The position numbers were made by a program, and so were the translations under genes. This document shows positions 40,259 through 50,199 of a DNA stretch of 64,000 nt, in pieces. The DNA lies in assembly GCA_002483765.1 (NCBI GenBank), contig DLIO01000109.1, positions 2,455-66,454 of the forward strand, given 5' to 3'. The notes under the pieces were generated by a model. It had not been told where the DNA came from. It searched no databases and saw nothing but the letters and a program-made list of their open reading frames with translations. The DNA is from Lentisphaeria bacterium UBA7640. GTDB lineage: Bacteria > Verrucomicrobiota > Lentisphaeria > Victivallales > Victivallaceae. Positions within the stretch are counted from its first letter, which is position 1, and each line of letters starts with the position of its first letter.

Positions 40259-42482
40259 ATTCAGTGACCTCCAAAATATTGCTGTTGGTGAAATCCATCT
40301 CGTACGGTTCAAACCCGGGCTGTTGCAGAATCATTTTAACGCGCCCACGGTTGATCCGAATTATATCAAGGTTAATATTGAAGTTATTATGACGGTATTC
40401 AATACGATTGCTAGTGTTTTTACTAATAAACTTTAATTTGTCGGCGTGCTCGACGATTGGAATCCGCATTGAAACAGCACTATTCGCTACCCGATAAAGA
40501 TACTGCCGTCCGGTTGGTTGAGCTGTAATAACCATCTTACCGACGGCCATTGAGCTTAACAATTTTTGGCCACCGCCGCACTGTTTTTTTAGATTGCCAG
40601 TAAAAAACAGGGTTCCAATGTTGAATACTCCTTTGATGCGCAACTGATCGACGGCAGCGTTAGCTAATTCATAAGTTGGGGCGTTGATGGCAATGGTTTC
40701 GTCTTGGCTTAAAAACAAAATCATCGACGCAGTTACGTCGTCACCATTGATAATCAGCACGGATGGGGGCATCGAGAGCGCTTGCCAACGCCAGAAACCG
40801 AACAGAGTCAAGATCACAATAATGGCTGCCGTCGGCATAAAACGTTTTCGTACCGTTAATAACATCGTAAACGCGAAGAAAAACAACAATATCATCCACA
40901 CTTCTGGTCTAGCGCATGAAATACTGTCAAAGTTTAGATAAAAACCGTTACAAATCATTTTTATCGTTTCCAAAATAAATTCGATTGCGGAAGCGCAGGA
41001 TTGGGAGAACGACGCAAATAGAATTAATGGATACAGTGGCCAAATCAGCGGTATCAGAAGGATATTTGTCGCTACTGATAACGGAAAAAGAATCCCTTGA
41101 TAATATAACGAAAGAACACTTCCGGCGAGCCAGGCAACCGTGCAACCAAAAAGGATTTCGCCAAACCTGCCGAATATTTGTAATCTTATTCTACTTAAAA
41201 AAGTGTGACGCGAAGACGGTATCCAGCGCCAGCGTTCAAAAGCCAAATCGCGCCAACGTCCAACACAATTGCTTGAAATCAATAAAAATGTTACGACAAG
41301 AAATGAATACTGAAAGCCCATATCGTAGAGATAACCTGGATTGTAAAGTAAAAGTAACGCCGCCACCAAAAAGACGGTATTCAGGCCCGGCGTTCGCAAC
41401 ATAAACGCGCGACTCCAACTCCACAGCGCAATCATCAAAAACGCGCGTACCGATGGCGCGTTCATGCCTGTAGCTGCCACATAAATAAATAACGCTACCG
41501 GGATTACCAAATAACGTATTCGAAAAGGTAACGGACGAAAACAAAAACCAAGCAACAATGCTAAAATCCCGACATGTAATCCGGAAACAGTAAATAGATG
41601 AACGGTGCCACTAAAAATAAAGCTTTTGCGTACGTCACGGCTGACTCCTTGAGGACAACCAAATAGCAGTGTCGCAATCATCTGTTTGTTTTCAATGCTT
41701 TTGAGATGCTGCGTGACACCATTCAAAACACTTCCGCGCAACTGCAATATTTTACGATAAAAATGGGAATATAAACTTGTTTGATATTCAATTGGCGTGT
41801 ATTCAGATGCGTAAAACACTCGTTGAATGCCACGATTTTTAAGAAAATCGGCGTAATCAAAGCCGATAACACCGTAAGTTTTATCCGTTTTTATAATGTG
41901 GTTACGCTGAAAAATAATTTTCTGATAAATGGAATCTCGCCGGGAATCCTGAAAAAAACCTTTGAGTTCTAGGGTATCTCCATAGAACGGATTTAGTTCT
42001 TTCGCGCGGATGATTATCGAACCAGTCGAAGGTTTAAAGTCATTTTCGCCTGACAATTTGACTGCAGCTATTTCTGCTTTGATCATTCGCGGCGGCGGTA
42101 ACCATGGCGAATTTTCACCCACACATGATGGATCACTAATTCGTACTTTTATGGTAGCGGCGGCATCACGATTATTTAGTAGTTTCAAATACTGGTCATG
42201 AGGCAACTGCCACTGCAAGAAAACACCTATCAAACTAAGTGTTAGTGCTGTAATGAAAATTAATTTATGACGTCGCTTCAACAACCATAATGCCAACAAT
42301 AAAGTTCCAGTAATGACCCGCCAATCAGCAGTATTGCCACAAATAACGCCGCATAAAACAATAATTCCAGGATGAGTATTTGCCGGCAGGATTTTACTAC
42401 GCCAAACCTTAGCGATATTTTTCAGCGCGCACCAAAAGTTGTTCATAAAATTCAAATGGCACGCGTAAGCCGCCGTTGCCAA
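40239..42482 (-). CDS. comEC: ComEC/Rec2-family DNA internalization channel protein (C-terminal metallo-beta-lactamase domain appears degenerate)
   Basis: Competence-domain signature LLFGCPQGVSRDVRKSFIFSGTVHLFTVSGLHVGILA and many TM helices. The start codon is uncertain. Confidence 0.8.
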   Translation of the reverse strand: MATAAYACHLNFMNNFWCALKNIAKVWRSKILPANTHPGIIVLCGVICGNTADWRVITGTLLLALWLLKRRHKLIFITALTLSLIGVFLQWQLPHDQYLKLLNNRDAAATIKVRISDPSCVGENSPWLPPPRMIKAEIAAVKLSGENDFKPSTGSIIIRAKELNPFYGDTLELKGFFQDSRRDSIYQKIIFQRNHIIKTDKTYGVIGFDYADFLKNRGIQRVFYASEYTPIEYQTSLYSHFYRKILQLRGSVLNGVTQHLKSIENKQMIATLLFGCPQGVSRDVRKSFIFSGTVHLFTVSGLHVGILALLLGFCFRPLPFRIRYLVIPVALFIYVAATGMNAPSVRAFLMIALWSWSRAFMLRTPGLNTVFLVAALLLLYNPGYLYDMGFQYSFLVVTFLLISSNCVGRWRDLAFERWRWIPSSRHTFLSRIRLQIFGRFGEILFGCTVAWLAGSVLSLYYQGILFPLSVATNILLIPLIWPLYPLILFASFSQSCASAIEFILETIKMICNGFYLNFDSISCARPEVWMILLFFFAFTMLLTVRKRFMPTAAIIVILTLFGFWRWQALSMPPSVLIINGDDVTASMILFLSQDETIAINAPTYELANAAVDQLRIKGVFNIGTLFFTGNLKKQCGGGQKLLSSMAVGKMVITAQPTGRQYLYRVANSAVSMRIPIVEHADKLKFISKNTSNRIEYRHNNFNINLDIIRINRGRVKMILQQPGFEPYEMDFTNSNILEVTEYVFERR

Positions 42483-43275
42483 TTCCTATCGTTGATTCAT
42501 GGTTATCGCCATGAAAATCGGAACCACCAGACATCCCAAGGTCAAATTCGACGGCATAATCAATCAAAGCGTTACTTTGTTCTTCATTGAACGACGAATA
42601 GTAAACCTCAAGTGCGTCCAAGCCGTGACGTTTTAAATACTTGATGGCTTTGCGACACCATGGATATTCACCCGCTTGTCGAAAAATAGGATGTGCCCAA
42701 ACCGCGACTCCACCTGCGCCATGAATCTGCGCGATCGCCTCTGGAGGCGAGGTCAATGGGCGCGCTACATAACCCGGACGTCCTCTTTTTAGTAATCGGT
42801 CAAAAACATCATTCATAGATTCAAAACCACCTTTATTCAACAATGTTTTGGCGATATGTGGCCGTCCAACGATATCTCCACCGGCTTGTTCGGCCGCTTC
42901 TTTTAAGGTTATGTCATAACCTCGTGCCTGAAGCTTGGCGATGATTCCTTGATTGCGTTCATGACGCCCATCGGCGATTTTCTTGAGAAAATTATTTAGA
43001 TCACTTGATTTATGATCAATAAACAGCCCAACAATATGCACTTCACGCCGTTCAAAAGTCGTGGAAATCTCGACGCCGGGAATCGCGATAATTGAACGTC
43101 CTTCAGCGGCAGTTAAAAACTCATCAACACCTGCAGTGGTGTCGTGGTCAGTCAACGCTACTGCTCCCAGATTTTGGCGTTCCGCCAGTTCCAAAACTTG
43201 CGTCGGCGTACAAGAACCGTCAGATTCAGTAGAGTGTGTGTGAAGATCGATGAGTGTTGTTGCTTGAATTGTCAT
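42409..43275 (-). CDS. PHP-domain phosphoesterase (TrpH/YciV-like)
   Basis: LIDLHTHSTESDGS, ALTDHDT, GVEIS and GGSDFHG metal-ligand motifs of the PHP family. Confidence 0.85.
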   Translation of the reverse strand: MTIQATTLIDLHTHSTESDGSCTPTQVLELAERQNLGAVALTDHDTTAGVDEFLTAAEGRSIIAIPGVEISTTFERREVHIVGLFIDHKSSDLNNFLKKIADGRHERNQGIIAKLQARGYDITLKEAAEQAGGDIVGRPHIAKTLLNKGGFESMNDVFDRLLKRGRPGYVARPLTSPPEAIAQIHGAGGVAVWAHPIFRQAGEYPWCRKAIKYLKRHGLDALEVYYSSFNEEQSNALIDYAVEFDLGMSGGSDFHGDNHESTIGIGNGGLRVPFEFYEQLLVRAEKYR

Positions 43276-43381
43276 TATTTTCCTAGCTGTTTAAATATCA
43301 TAAACTACTATCAGCGGATAAAAATACCATTGCAAAGGTAGCATTTTCAACTATATTAGTTGGCTAAACCTTAACGAGGAA

Positions 43382-43789
43382 ATGATTATGACCAAGAATA
43401 ATGATAAAAAAAAGAAGCATTCTGCCGCTTTTCGAAAAAAATATTATAATCTTTTGATGAAAACGCGTGAGCAGTTTGTCTCGCAAATGAATGTCCGCAG
43501 AGAAGAAGCTCTGAATACGGCGGACCTTGATAAAAGTAGTATTTCAAACCACATCGCTGATAGTGCCAACAACGAAATGGAGCTCCATTTATTAACCCAG
43601 GATGGCAATGTTCTTGAACTAATCGATTTAGCCCTAAAACGCCTTGAAGATGGCGAATACGGAACATGCATGGATTGTAGTTGCGATATTGGAGACCCTC
43701 GCTTGGAATTCCGTCCATACTCAATGTATTGCATTCAATGCAAGTCTATTCGGGAAAAAAACAACGGAATTAATCCCAATGTGGGGTGA
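43382..43789 (+). CDS. TraR/DksA-family C4 zinc-finger protein
   Basis: Coiled-coil N-terminal part, then CMDCSCDIGDPRLEFRPYSMYCIQC (a CxxC-x17-CxxC zinc finger). Confidence 0.8.
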   Translation: MIMTKNNDKKKKHSAAFRKKYYNLLMKTREQFVSQMNVRREEALNTADLDKSSISNHIADSANNEMELHLLTQDGNVLELIDLALKRLEDGEYGTCMDCSCDIGDPRLEFRPYSMYCIQCKSIREKNNGINPNVG

Positions 43790-44312
43790 GCCGAAAGATT
43801 TTAGACACAATCCTAAAGAATCGCTCATTGTCAGTTGTTCCGCAGGATTGGCGGCATTGCTCTTAATCATTGATCAAGTCACCAAGGTTTTGGTGACCCA
43901 TCATTTCATTCTTCATGAGCGAAAAACCATCATTCCAGGATTTTTCGATTTAACCTACATCGTAAATCGTGGAGCAGCTTGGGGCATATTCCAAGGTCAA
44001 GTATTTATACTGTTGGCTATTGGCATCTTGGTTGGTGCGGCGGTAATAATTTTCATGCGCTGGTTAACCGAAGGTTATACTGAGCGTTATTGGGCAATTT
44101 TCATCGTACTCAGTGGAATTATCGGCAATTCAATTGACCGCATCTGGCGCGGTGAAGTTGTCGATTTTTTAGATTTCTACATTGGTCAACGGCATTGGCC
44201 AGCATTCAATGTAGCCGACATCTCAATCTGCGTCGGCCTATCCCTTTACTTCCTATCGCTACTCTTACATCCGCAGAAAAAAACTAATCCACCAGAAAAA
44301 ACTACAGAATAG
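43779..44312 (+). CDS. lspA: Lipoprotein signal peptidase (signal peptidase II)
   Basis: IDQVTKVLV, NRGAAWG, GNSIDRIWRGEVVDFLDF and FNVADISI motifs. ATG at 43779 overlaps the dksA-like stop by 11 nt. The upstream part of the track ORF is an out-of-frame overlap with dksA. Confidence 0.9.
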   Translation: MWGEPKDFRHNPKESLIVSCSAGLAALLLIIDQVTKVLVTHHFILHERKTIIPGFFDLTYIVNRGAAWGIFQGQVFILLAIGILVGAAVIIFMRWLTEGYTERYWAIFIVLSGIIGNSIDRIWRGEVVDFLDFYIGQRHWPAFNVADISICVGLSLYFLSLLLHPQKKTNPPEKTTE

Positions 44313-44423
44313 TCCATCCTCGTCCCACGTTAGTAATAATATGAATGTTATTAACTGGATTCATTGAGACTAAAGAATATCGAGCGCAAACAACTTGAGT
44401 TTTTTGCGTCAACAAGAGAGAGA

Positions 44424-44509
44424 TGGTACCGAAGGTGGGAGTTGAACCCACACGCCCTTGCGGACACCAGATTTTGAATCTAGCGCGTCTGCCATTCCGC
44501 CACTTCGGC
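44424..44509 (-). tRNA. tRNA-Leu (anticodon CAA)
   Basis: Reverse complement GCCGAAGTGGCGGAATGGCAGACGCGCTAGATTCAAAATCTGGTGTCCGCAAGGGCGTGTGGGTTCAACTCCCACCTTCGGTACCA folds as a cloverleaf: 7-bp acceptor stem, anticodon loop TTCAAAA, long variable arm, T-loop GTTCAACTC, encoded CCA. Confidence 0.93.
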
Positions 44510-44661
44510 ACGAGTTCTTAAAATAGAACATTTCGGCTTAATTTCAAACAAGATATCAGATTTTTTAGAAATATTATCCGAATATTTTAATGTGGGTTGA
44601 AAATCAGCGTGCCGTTAACTAAAGTATCTGGTTAAAACATGAATTTATCACGGGAGATAAT

Positions 44662-45372
44662 ATGAAAAAGGTACTTTTTGACTTGATTGCCCTTCAAGAT
44701 GTTGATATGAAAGTTCGTGGACTAAAAACTCGCCTCGGCATGATTCCAAAAGAGCGCAAAAAATTTGAACAAGCTCTTGATGACGCAGAGAGCGCTATTA
44801 AAGACAAACGCAATAAACTTAAAGCAATTGAGCTCAACATTAATAAAACTGAATCAGAGATTGCCAAATTTGATGATAGCGTTAGGAAACTCCAAAGCAA
44901 TTCCGCTTTGGTTAAAAAAAATAATGAATATCAGGCGATGCTCTTGGAGATTGAACATAACAAAGAGAAAATAAGCAATCTAGAAACTGAATTACTGGAG
45001 ATGATGGATCAGGCCGACGCAATGAAAAAATCCCTCTCTACTGAAGAATGCCAAGGCGCCGCCCGTATAAAATCGATAAAAGATGAATTAGATGAATTAG
45101 TTACCTTGGAACGCGAAATAAAAGAACAGGGGCGCGCATTGCTAGCCAAAAGCAAGGAGTTTACCGCACATGTTAGACCAGAACTTCTGGAGCGCTACCA
45201 GCACTTGCTCAAGGGCGAAGGGCAGCCGTTGGTCAAATTAAAAGGTGAGATCTGTGGAAACTGTAATTTCAAAATAACTCCACAAACTCGCAACAATTGT
45301 CTTAGTGGCAATATCGTCAATTGCGACAACTGTTCGCACATGCTTTATCACGATCCAAACAGTAGTGAATAA
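44662..45372 (+). CDS. Zinc-ribbon/coiled-coil protein (COG1579, zf-RING_7 family)
   Basis: Long coiled-coil followed by a C-terminal CGNCNFKI...CDNCSHMLY zinc ribbon. Confidence 0.75.
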   Translation: MKKVLFDLIALQDVDMKVRGLKTRLGMIPKERKKFEQALDDAESAIKDKRNKLKAIELNINKTESEIAKFDDSVRKLQSNSALVKKNNEYQAMLLEIEHNKEKISNLETELLEMMDQADAMKKSLSTEECQGAARIKSIKDELDELVTLEREIKEQGRALLAKSKEFTAHVRPELLERYQHLLKGEGQPLVKLKGEICGNCNFKITPQTRNNCLSGNIVNCDNCSHMLYHDPNSSE

Positions 45373-45390
45373 TTCGTAACTCTTGTTCTA

Positions 45391-45421
45391 AATTAGCGCG
45401 CGCATAATGCGCGCGCGAATT
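45391..45421. repeat. CG-rich palindromic element, copy 7 (aattagcgcgcgcatAatgcgcgcgcgaatt)
   Basis: 31-bp palindrome with one arm mismatch, 19 nt after the stop at 45372. Confidence 0.9.
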
Positions 45422-45723
45422 AACAATGCAAAGTTACCCAGAAATTTATGAATAAAATTTCTCTATTGGTTTAGTGAACAGGATAAAAATATCCATTCAC
45501 CTGTGTGCCCAGCTATAGTTAGATCCGCCATTTCTCCATATTTTCGATAATTCAGTTTTTTCCTTCTAAATTTTTATGTATCTTTACTAACGTGAAAATT
45601 AAATTATACTTTTTCATGCAGGCTTTATTTAAAAATTCTTGTTTGAATTGACGTTAATGCCAGTTATATTTGAGGTAGTTGTGTATTTTACACGTAATAA
45701 TAATCACTAAAAATGGGTGAAAA

Positions 45724-47214
45724 ATGAAAGAATCAATTCAAAACACTTGGACAATGATTGTGGACAGTAATCTGCTACCGGTAATTAGCGCGCTCTTGGT
45801 GCTTATTCTCGGTTGGCTATTGGCGGTAGTAATATCGCGCGCAGCTAGAAACGGCGTATCTAAGCTTGGAAGAGATGAAAAAATCGGTAAATGGGTATCA
45901 AACGAGCACGGACATTATGAAAAAGGTGCAAAATTGGTTGGAGCTCTTATTTATTATACCATTCTCCTTTTTACTGTCGTTTGTTGCCTTAGCGTGCTTA
46001 ATCTTTCGCAAGCCGCTGAACCTATTCAAAACTTCATTTCGCAACTAACCGGCTATATTCCCAATCTAATCGGGGCGGCTCTGCTGGGTTTGATTGCATT
46101 TTTTGTGGCAAAAGCTCTTGAAATGCTGTCTTCTTCACTGGCGAAAAGTTTAAAAATTGATGAACGTACTCCGGGCAAAGCGCCAGCAAAGCCACTCAGT
46201 AGCACCGTCTCAGAAGTTGTATACTGGACTACGTGGTTGTTTTTCTTGCCGGCGATTCTTAATGCTTTGAAAATTGAGGGAATTACTGAGCCGCTTCAGC
46301 AGATGCTAAGTAAAGTTATGGCTTATGTGCCAAACTTGATAGCGGCAGCTGCAATCCTTTTCTTTGGTCTTCTAGCCGCCAAAATCGTTCGCAATGCAGT
46401 CAATGGACTGCTCGCGGTCGTTCGCCTCGATGAACTGGGCAAGAAAGCAGGTACACAGAGGATTTTAGGCGACAAAGGGATCACTAACCTTGTTGGGCTC
46501 ATTGCCTACATCTTAGTAGCAATCCCGGTTATTACGGCGGCGTTGCACGCATTAAAAATTGAAGCCCTAACCAACATGGTTTCAGGTTTCTTCAACAAAA
46601 TTCTGGGTGCCACTGCGAACTTGATTGGTGCAGGACTCTTAATCATCGCTGCATTCATAATTGCTGGCCTAGTTTCCGGCATGGTTGCACAATTGGTTGA
46701 AGGTATGGGATTCAACAAATTAATTGCCCGTCTCGGTTTTGGCTCCAAAGTAACGGCGGAAAACACTACAGTGCCTACGACTACACCAGCCAATGTTGTC
46801 GGCAAATTGACCTTCTTGGCGATTATGCTTTTTGCTGCAATCTCTGCAGCAGAAATGCTCGGCTTCCTGGGACTTTCTGATCTCCTGAAGAAATTCACCG
46901 AGTTTGGTGGCAATATCATTATTGCAGCTATTGTGATGGTGATTGGTATGTTCTTGGCGAATTTTGCTGCTGACGCTGTTCGCGGGAAAGGAGCAAACTC
47001 TGAGCTTATCGCATTCATAATCAAAATCACAGTCTGGATTTTTACTGGTGCGATTGCAATTCACAATCTTGGCATCGGTGGACCGATTGTCCAAACTGCA
47101 TTCACTTTGATTCTTGGCGCAGTCTGCGTAGCGATAGCGATTGCCTTTGGCATTGGCGGACGCGAATTCGCAGCTGGAAAACTAAATGAATGGAGTGATA
47201 AATTCAAGAAATAA
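45724..47214 (+). CDS. Polytopic membrane protein built from repeated 'conserved TM helix' units (MscS N-terminal-like), with no recognisable channel or beta domain
   Basis: Five recurring units of the type (I/V)PNLI(G/A)AxxLxxxxFxxAxxV, e.g. IPNLIGAALLGLIAFFVAKALE, VPNLIAAAAILFFGLLAAKIVRNAV, ATANLIGAGLLIIAAFIIAGLV, GGNIIIAAIVMVIGMFLANFAADAV. Confidence 0.55.
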   Translation: MKESIQNTWTMIVDSNLLPVISALLVLILGWLLAVVISRAARNGVSKLGRDEKIGKWVSNEHGHYEKGAKLVGALIYYTILLFTVVCCLSVLNLSQAAEPIQNFISQLTGYIPNLIGAALLGLIAFFVAKALEMLSSSLAKSLKIDERTPGKAPAKPLSSTVSEVVYWTTWLFFLPAILNALKIEGITEPLQQMLSKVMAYVPNLIAAAAILFFGLLAAKIVRNAVNGLLAVVRLDELGKKAGTQRILGDKGITNLVGLIAYILVAIPVITAALHALKIEALTNMVSGFFNKILGATANLIGAGLLIIAAFIIAGLVSGMVAQLVEGMGFNKLIARLGFGSKVTAENTTVPTTTPANVVGKLTFLAIMLFAAISAAEMLGFLGLSDLLKKFTEFGGNIIIAAIVMVIGMFLANFAADAVRGKGANSELIAFIIKITVWIFTGAIAIHNLGIGGPIVQTAFTLILGAVCVAIAIAFGIGGREFAAGKLNEWSDKFKK

Positions 47215-47233
47215 TATTTTAAATATTAATTCC

Positions 47234-47265
47234 AAGCCGGAGCCATAAAGCTCCGGCTTTTTTAT
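47234..47265 (+). terminator. Intrinsic terminator
   Basis: Stem agccggagc (47235-47243) / gctccggct (47250-47258), 6-nt loop, then a T-run. Confidence 0.78.
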
Positions 47266-47411
47266 TGGTCAGGAAAGAGAATAGAGTCGCCTTGGACGGT
47301 GCAAACTTTTATTATCCGGAATAAATGTTTGTCTTTGGGCATTGGTAGTGAAACCATTAAACCATCTTGAGCTCAAATCTTCGTAAAAGTTACAACGCGT
47401 AGTAATAAAAT

Positions 47412-48197
47412 TTATATTATGTTTGGTGGCAATTTACCGTGTACTTTTTTGTACAATTCGGTCGCGGTCCTTTGGACATCATTCCAGAATTGCGGGGTCA
47501 TTCTACCGTAAAACAGAATAAAATATAAGATATCGCGGCGATTTAAGCCGGCATCCATTGAGGAGAAAAATAGTCCTGCGACATCTTTTACTCGGTAGCG
47601 GTACGGAATATTCTTTCTAATTTGCGCACGATGCAAGTCAATCACATATAATTCGGGGAAATGTCCGATTAGCGATCTTTTTAACATGAAGTGACAAATA
47701 TAGCAATCGCGGTGGTTTAGCCCGGCATTGTGCATAAGAAAGACCATTTGTGTCAATTCTTTAATTAATGCGCGCTTGGTGGCCTGTAATGGTGGTTTTA
47801 CTGCCCAATCGCGACAGTAGTCCTCTAACGTCACAATATCGGTCAACTCTTTGGTAATTAAAAACGAAGCGATTTTTGCAGGGTTTTTACCACGCGAACC
47901 GTAGGCGCAAGGCGTCATGGTATTGACGCCGATTTTTTCCAGCAATCTTATTGCGTGATATTCGTTGGACGCGCCAAGTATGGGAAGCTTAAGTTGGAAA
48001 AGATTTTTAAAAATCTCACGCCAACTGGAACCACGGTGGATTTTAGCAAAATAGCCACGTCCCTCGAGCTCAAATCGAAAAGTACGACGGGTTTTCACCT
48101 CGCGAAAAACCTCGCCATCAAGGCATTCAGCCTCAGCAAAAGGATCACAGCCATCCCATAATTCTTGGAATGTTTGATCTAAAAATATTTCATACAT
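47412..48197 (-). CDS. waaP: Lipopolysaccharide core heptose(I) kinase
   Basis: Colinear with remembered E. coli WaaP: LWDGCDPFAE..LDGEVFREVKTRRTFRFE..YFAKIHRG...GLNHRDCYICHFML...VIDLHRAQIR...GLFFSSM. Start at ATG 48197 with a GGGAGA RBS; the track start is a GTG at 48215. Confidence 0.9.
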   Translation of the reverse strand: MYEIFLDQTFQELWDGCDPFAEAECLDGEVFREVKTRRTFRFELEGRGYFAKIHRGSSWREIFKNLFQLKLPILGASNEYHAIRLLEKIGVNTMTPCAYGSRGKNPAKIASFLITKELTDIVTLEDYCRDWAVKPPLQATKRALIKELTQMVFLMHNAGLNHRDCYICHFMLKRSLIGHFPELYVIDLHRAQIRKNIPYRYRVKDVAGLFFSSMDAGLNRRDILYFILFYGRMTPQFWNDVQRTATELYKKVHGKLPPNII

Positions 48198-48211
48198 ATA
48201 ATTTCTCCCGT

Positions 48212-49366
48212 TCACTCCGAAGAGTAACTCTGCTCATTACAAACCTTTCTTGCATGGTGCTCAATTATTTCAGCGGCAACCTTGGGTCTTTCGTAGAAAT
48301 TAACGCTAGCAGCATAATTTACAATCTTTTCGCGCATAGTTTTCAGACCTTCTGGATTTTGCAATAATTCAATTACAGCCTTGTTCCACGTATCTTGATG
48401 GAACGGTTCCGCCAAAACTACTCCGCCAGCGGACACTACAATATCTTCATAACCACAAACACTACTGCAAATCATCGGCAGTCCAGCAGTTAACCCCTCA
48501 ATCAATACAGTTCCGGTGGCCTCTTTGCGGGCCGGATGAATCATCAAATCGGCGGCTAACAATAGATCCCCAATGTCATCGCGTCCGCCAGCAAAAATTA
48601 CACGATTAGAGAGTTTCAATGCTTCTGCGAGTTTATTGAATCGATTACTACTGTCACGACCAGCAATTAATAGACGTACTGGAATTTCCGATGGTATTAC
48701 CGCAATCGTCTGTAGTGTACGATCGACACCTTTAGTTGCGAAACCAGAACAAACTTGGATTAATAAGAACTCGTCGGGGCGTATTTGGAACTCAGAACGT
48801 ACAGCATTACGAATACTAATAATTTTAGCGGGATCTTCTGGCGGTTTGCGATCTTCTTCAATGCCTGGTGGTAAAAGATGAAAACGCTCGTCTGGAGTGC
48901 CATAAGTATCGATAAAATCTTTTTTCTGTCGTTCAGTCAAATACATTATGGCTGTCTTGGCATCTGGGGTAAAAACCTTTTCTTCCATTGCGCGGTAAAT
49001 TCGATAGCGATTGGTAAAAAAGCGTTTAAAGCCTGCAGTTGCGGCAGATTCGGTGGCGAAACAGTTATCAGCGGCAAAATAAACATCGAGTCCACCCATG
49101 CGGTTGAATCCAACCGTTAAACCTGGCGGATTATTGGCTAGTTCGGACAACACAAGTCGCTCGAAGGAAACCGCTTTCGCATGGTTGCTAAAACCTTTGG
49201 CATTAATAATTTCAAGCTCTACACCAGCTAAAGCGGGCCCATTCCATTCTCGTGTATAAACCGTTATTTTATGTCCGCGCTTTAAACATTCGATGGCGAT
49301 GCGCCGAAAGTCTAGCTGAAGACCACCATGTGGAAAAAATTTAAATATTACAAATGCTAATTTCAT
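48212..49366 (-). CDS. waaG: Lipopolysaccharide core glucosyltransferase I-like GT4
   Basis: Colinear with remembered E. coli WaaG: KFFPHGGLQLDFRRIA, GFNRMGGLDVYFAAD, ERFHLLPPGI, HPARKEATGTVLIEGLTAGLPMICSSVCGY. The ATG at 49366 forms an ATGA overlap with the upstream stop. Confidence 0.88.
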   Translation of the reverse strand: MKLAFVIFKFFPHGGLQLDFRRIAIECLKRGHKITVYTREWNGPALAGVELEIINAKGFSNHAKAVSFERLVLSELANNPPGLTVGFNRMGGLDVYFAADNCFATESAATAGFKRFFTNRYRIYRAMEEKVFTPDAKTAIMYLTERQKKDFIDTYGTPDERFHLLPPGIEEDRKPPEDPAKIISIRNAVRSEFQIRPDEFLLIQVCSGFATKGVDRTLQTIAVIPSEIPVRLLIAGRDSSNRFNKLAEALKLSNRVIFAGGRDDIGDLLLAADLMIHPARKEATGTVLIEGLTAGLPMICSSVCGYEDIVVSAGGVVLAEPFHQDTWNKAVIELLQNPEGLKTMREKIVNYAASVNFYERPKVAAEIIEHHARKVCNEQSYSSE

Positions 49367-50199
49367 TTGGACCAATCCGGTTTTCGCCAATTTCGTTGTC
49401 GAGCGGCCTCATATAAGAGAATAGTGGCGGCGGCAGTGACATTCAGAGAATCTATTTTGCCGAGCATTGGGATTCTAACCTTGATGTCGGCATTGTCGAG
49501 CCAAAATGGCGTCAAGCCAGTTTGTTCGCGCCCTACAACTATGGCAACGCCATTAGTCATATCAGATTCGGTATAATTTAATTCGGTATGCGGCGTCGCG
49601 GATAAGATTTGAATATTATTGCCACGCAACCAGTTTAATGCAGTCACGGAATCAGTTTCAACGAGTGGAACGCAAAACAATGCGCCGGTGCTGGCACGGA
49701 TAACGTTTGGATTATAGATATCAGTTCCTTTGTCGCAGACAATCAATCCATCAACGCCAGCGGCATCGGCTGAACGCAACATTGAACCCAGATTGCCGGG
49801 TTTTTCTATCGCTTCGGCAATCAGATAAAAACCGTTCTTTTTTGCGGGCATATCTTCCATGCGATGCTGTTTCATAACCGCTGTTGCGATCAACCCTTCA
49901 GGGCGTTCGCGATAAGCCATTTTTTCCAACACCGTTGGGGCGACTTGAAAATTACAAACCCCAGCCGTCGCGAGTTGTTGCAGGAGAGGAAATTCATTCT
50001 CTCCTAGAAACATCTCAGGGCAATAAAAACACTCAACCAATTTCATGCCGTATTCAAATGCACGGGTCAATTCGCGGTAACCTTCAAGTAGAGTCAAACG
50101 ACTACTTTCACGTTCACTACGATTACGCAAAGCGCATGCGGCTTTTATTGTCGAATTTTGGCGGCTGGTAATAATAATTTGATTGCCCTCAAAACTCAT
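49363..50199 (-). CDS. TrmH/SpoU-family RNA 2'-O-methyltransferase (RlmB-like)
   Basis: SpoU motifs: EAIEKPGNLGSMLRSADAAG, VVGREQTGL, IPMLGKIDSLNVTAAATILLYE. Confidence 0.85.
   Translation of the reverse strand: MSFEGNQIIITSRQNSTIKAACALRNRSERESSRLTLLEGYRELTRAFEYGMKLVECFYCPEMFLGENEFPLLQQLATAGVCNFQVAPTVLEKMAYRERPEGLIATAVMKQHRMEDMPAKKNGFYLIAEAIEKPGNLGSMLRSADAAGVDGLIVCDKGTDIYNPNVIRASTGALFCVPLVETDSVTALNWLRGNNIQILSATPHTELNYTESDMTNGVAIVVGREQTGLTPFWLDNADIKVRIPMLGKIDSLNVTAAATILLYEAARQRNWRKPDWSK

Noticed and set aside
43644-43778. Upstream 45 codons of the lspA track ORF
   Set aside because: This stretch lies inside the dksA/TraR-like gene in another frame. LspA-like sequence only begins after ATG 43779.
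44313-44661. tRNA-Leu as an integration hotspot for a genomic island
   Set aside because: No integrase, direct repeat of the tRNA 3' end, or phage/IS genes on either side. The neighbours are housekeeping genes.
46506-47094. Two antisense ORFs (174 aa and 124 aa) inside the TM-helix repeat gene
   Set aside because: Shadow frames of a well-supported coding region, with no RBS or recognisable domain.
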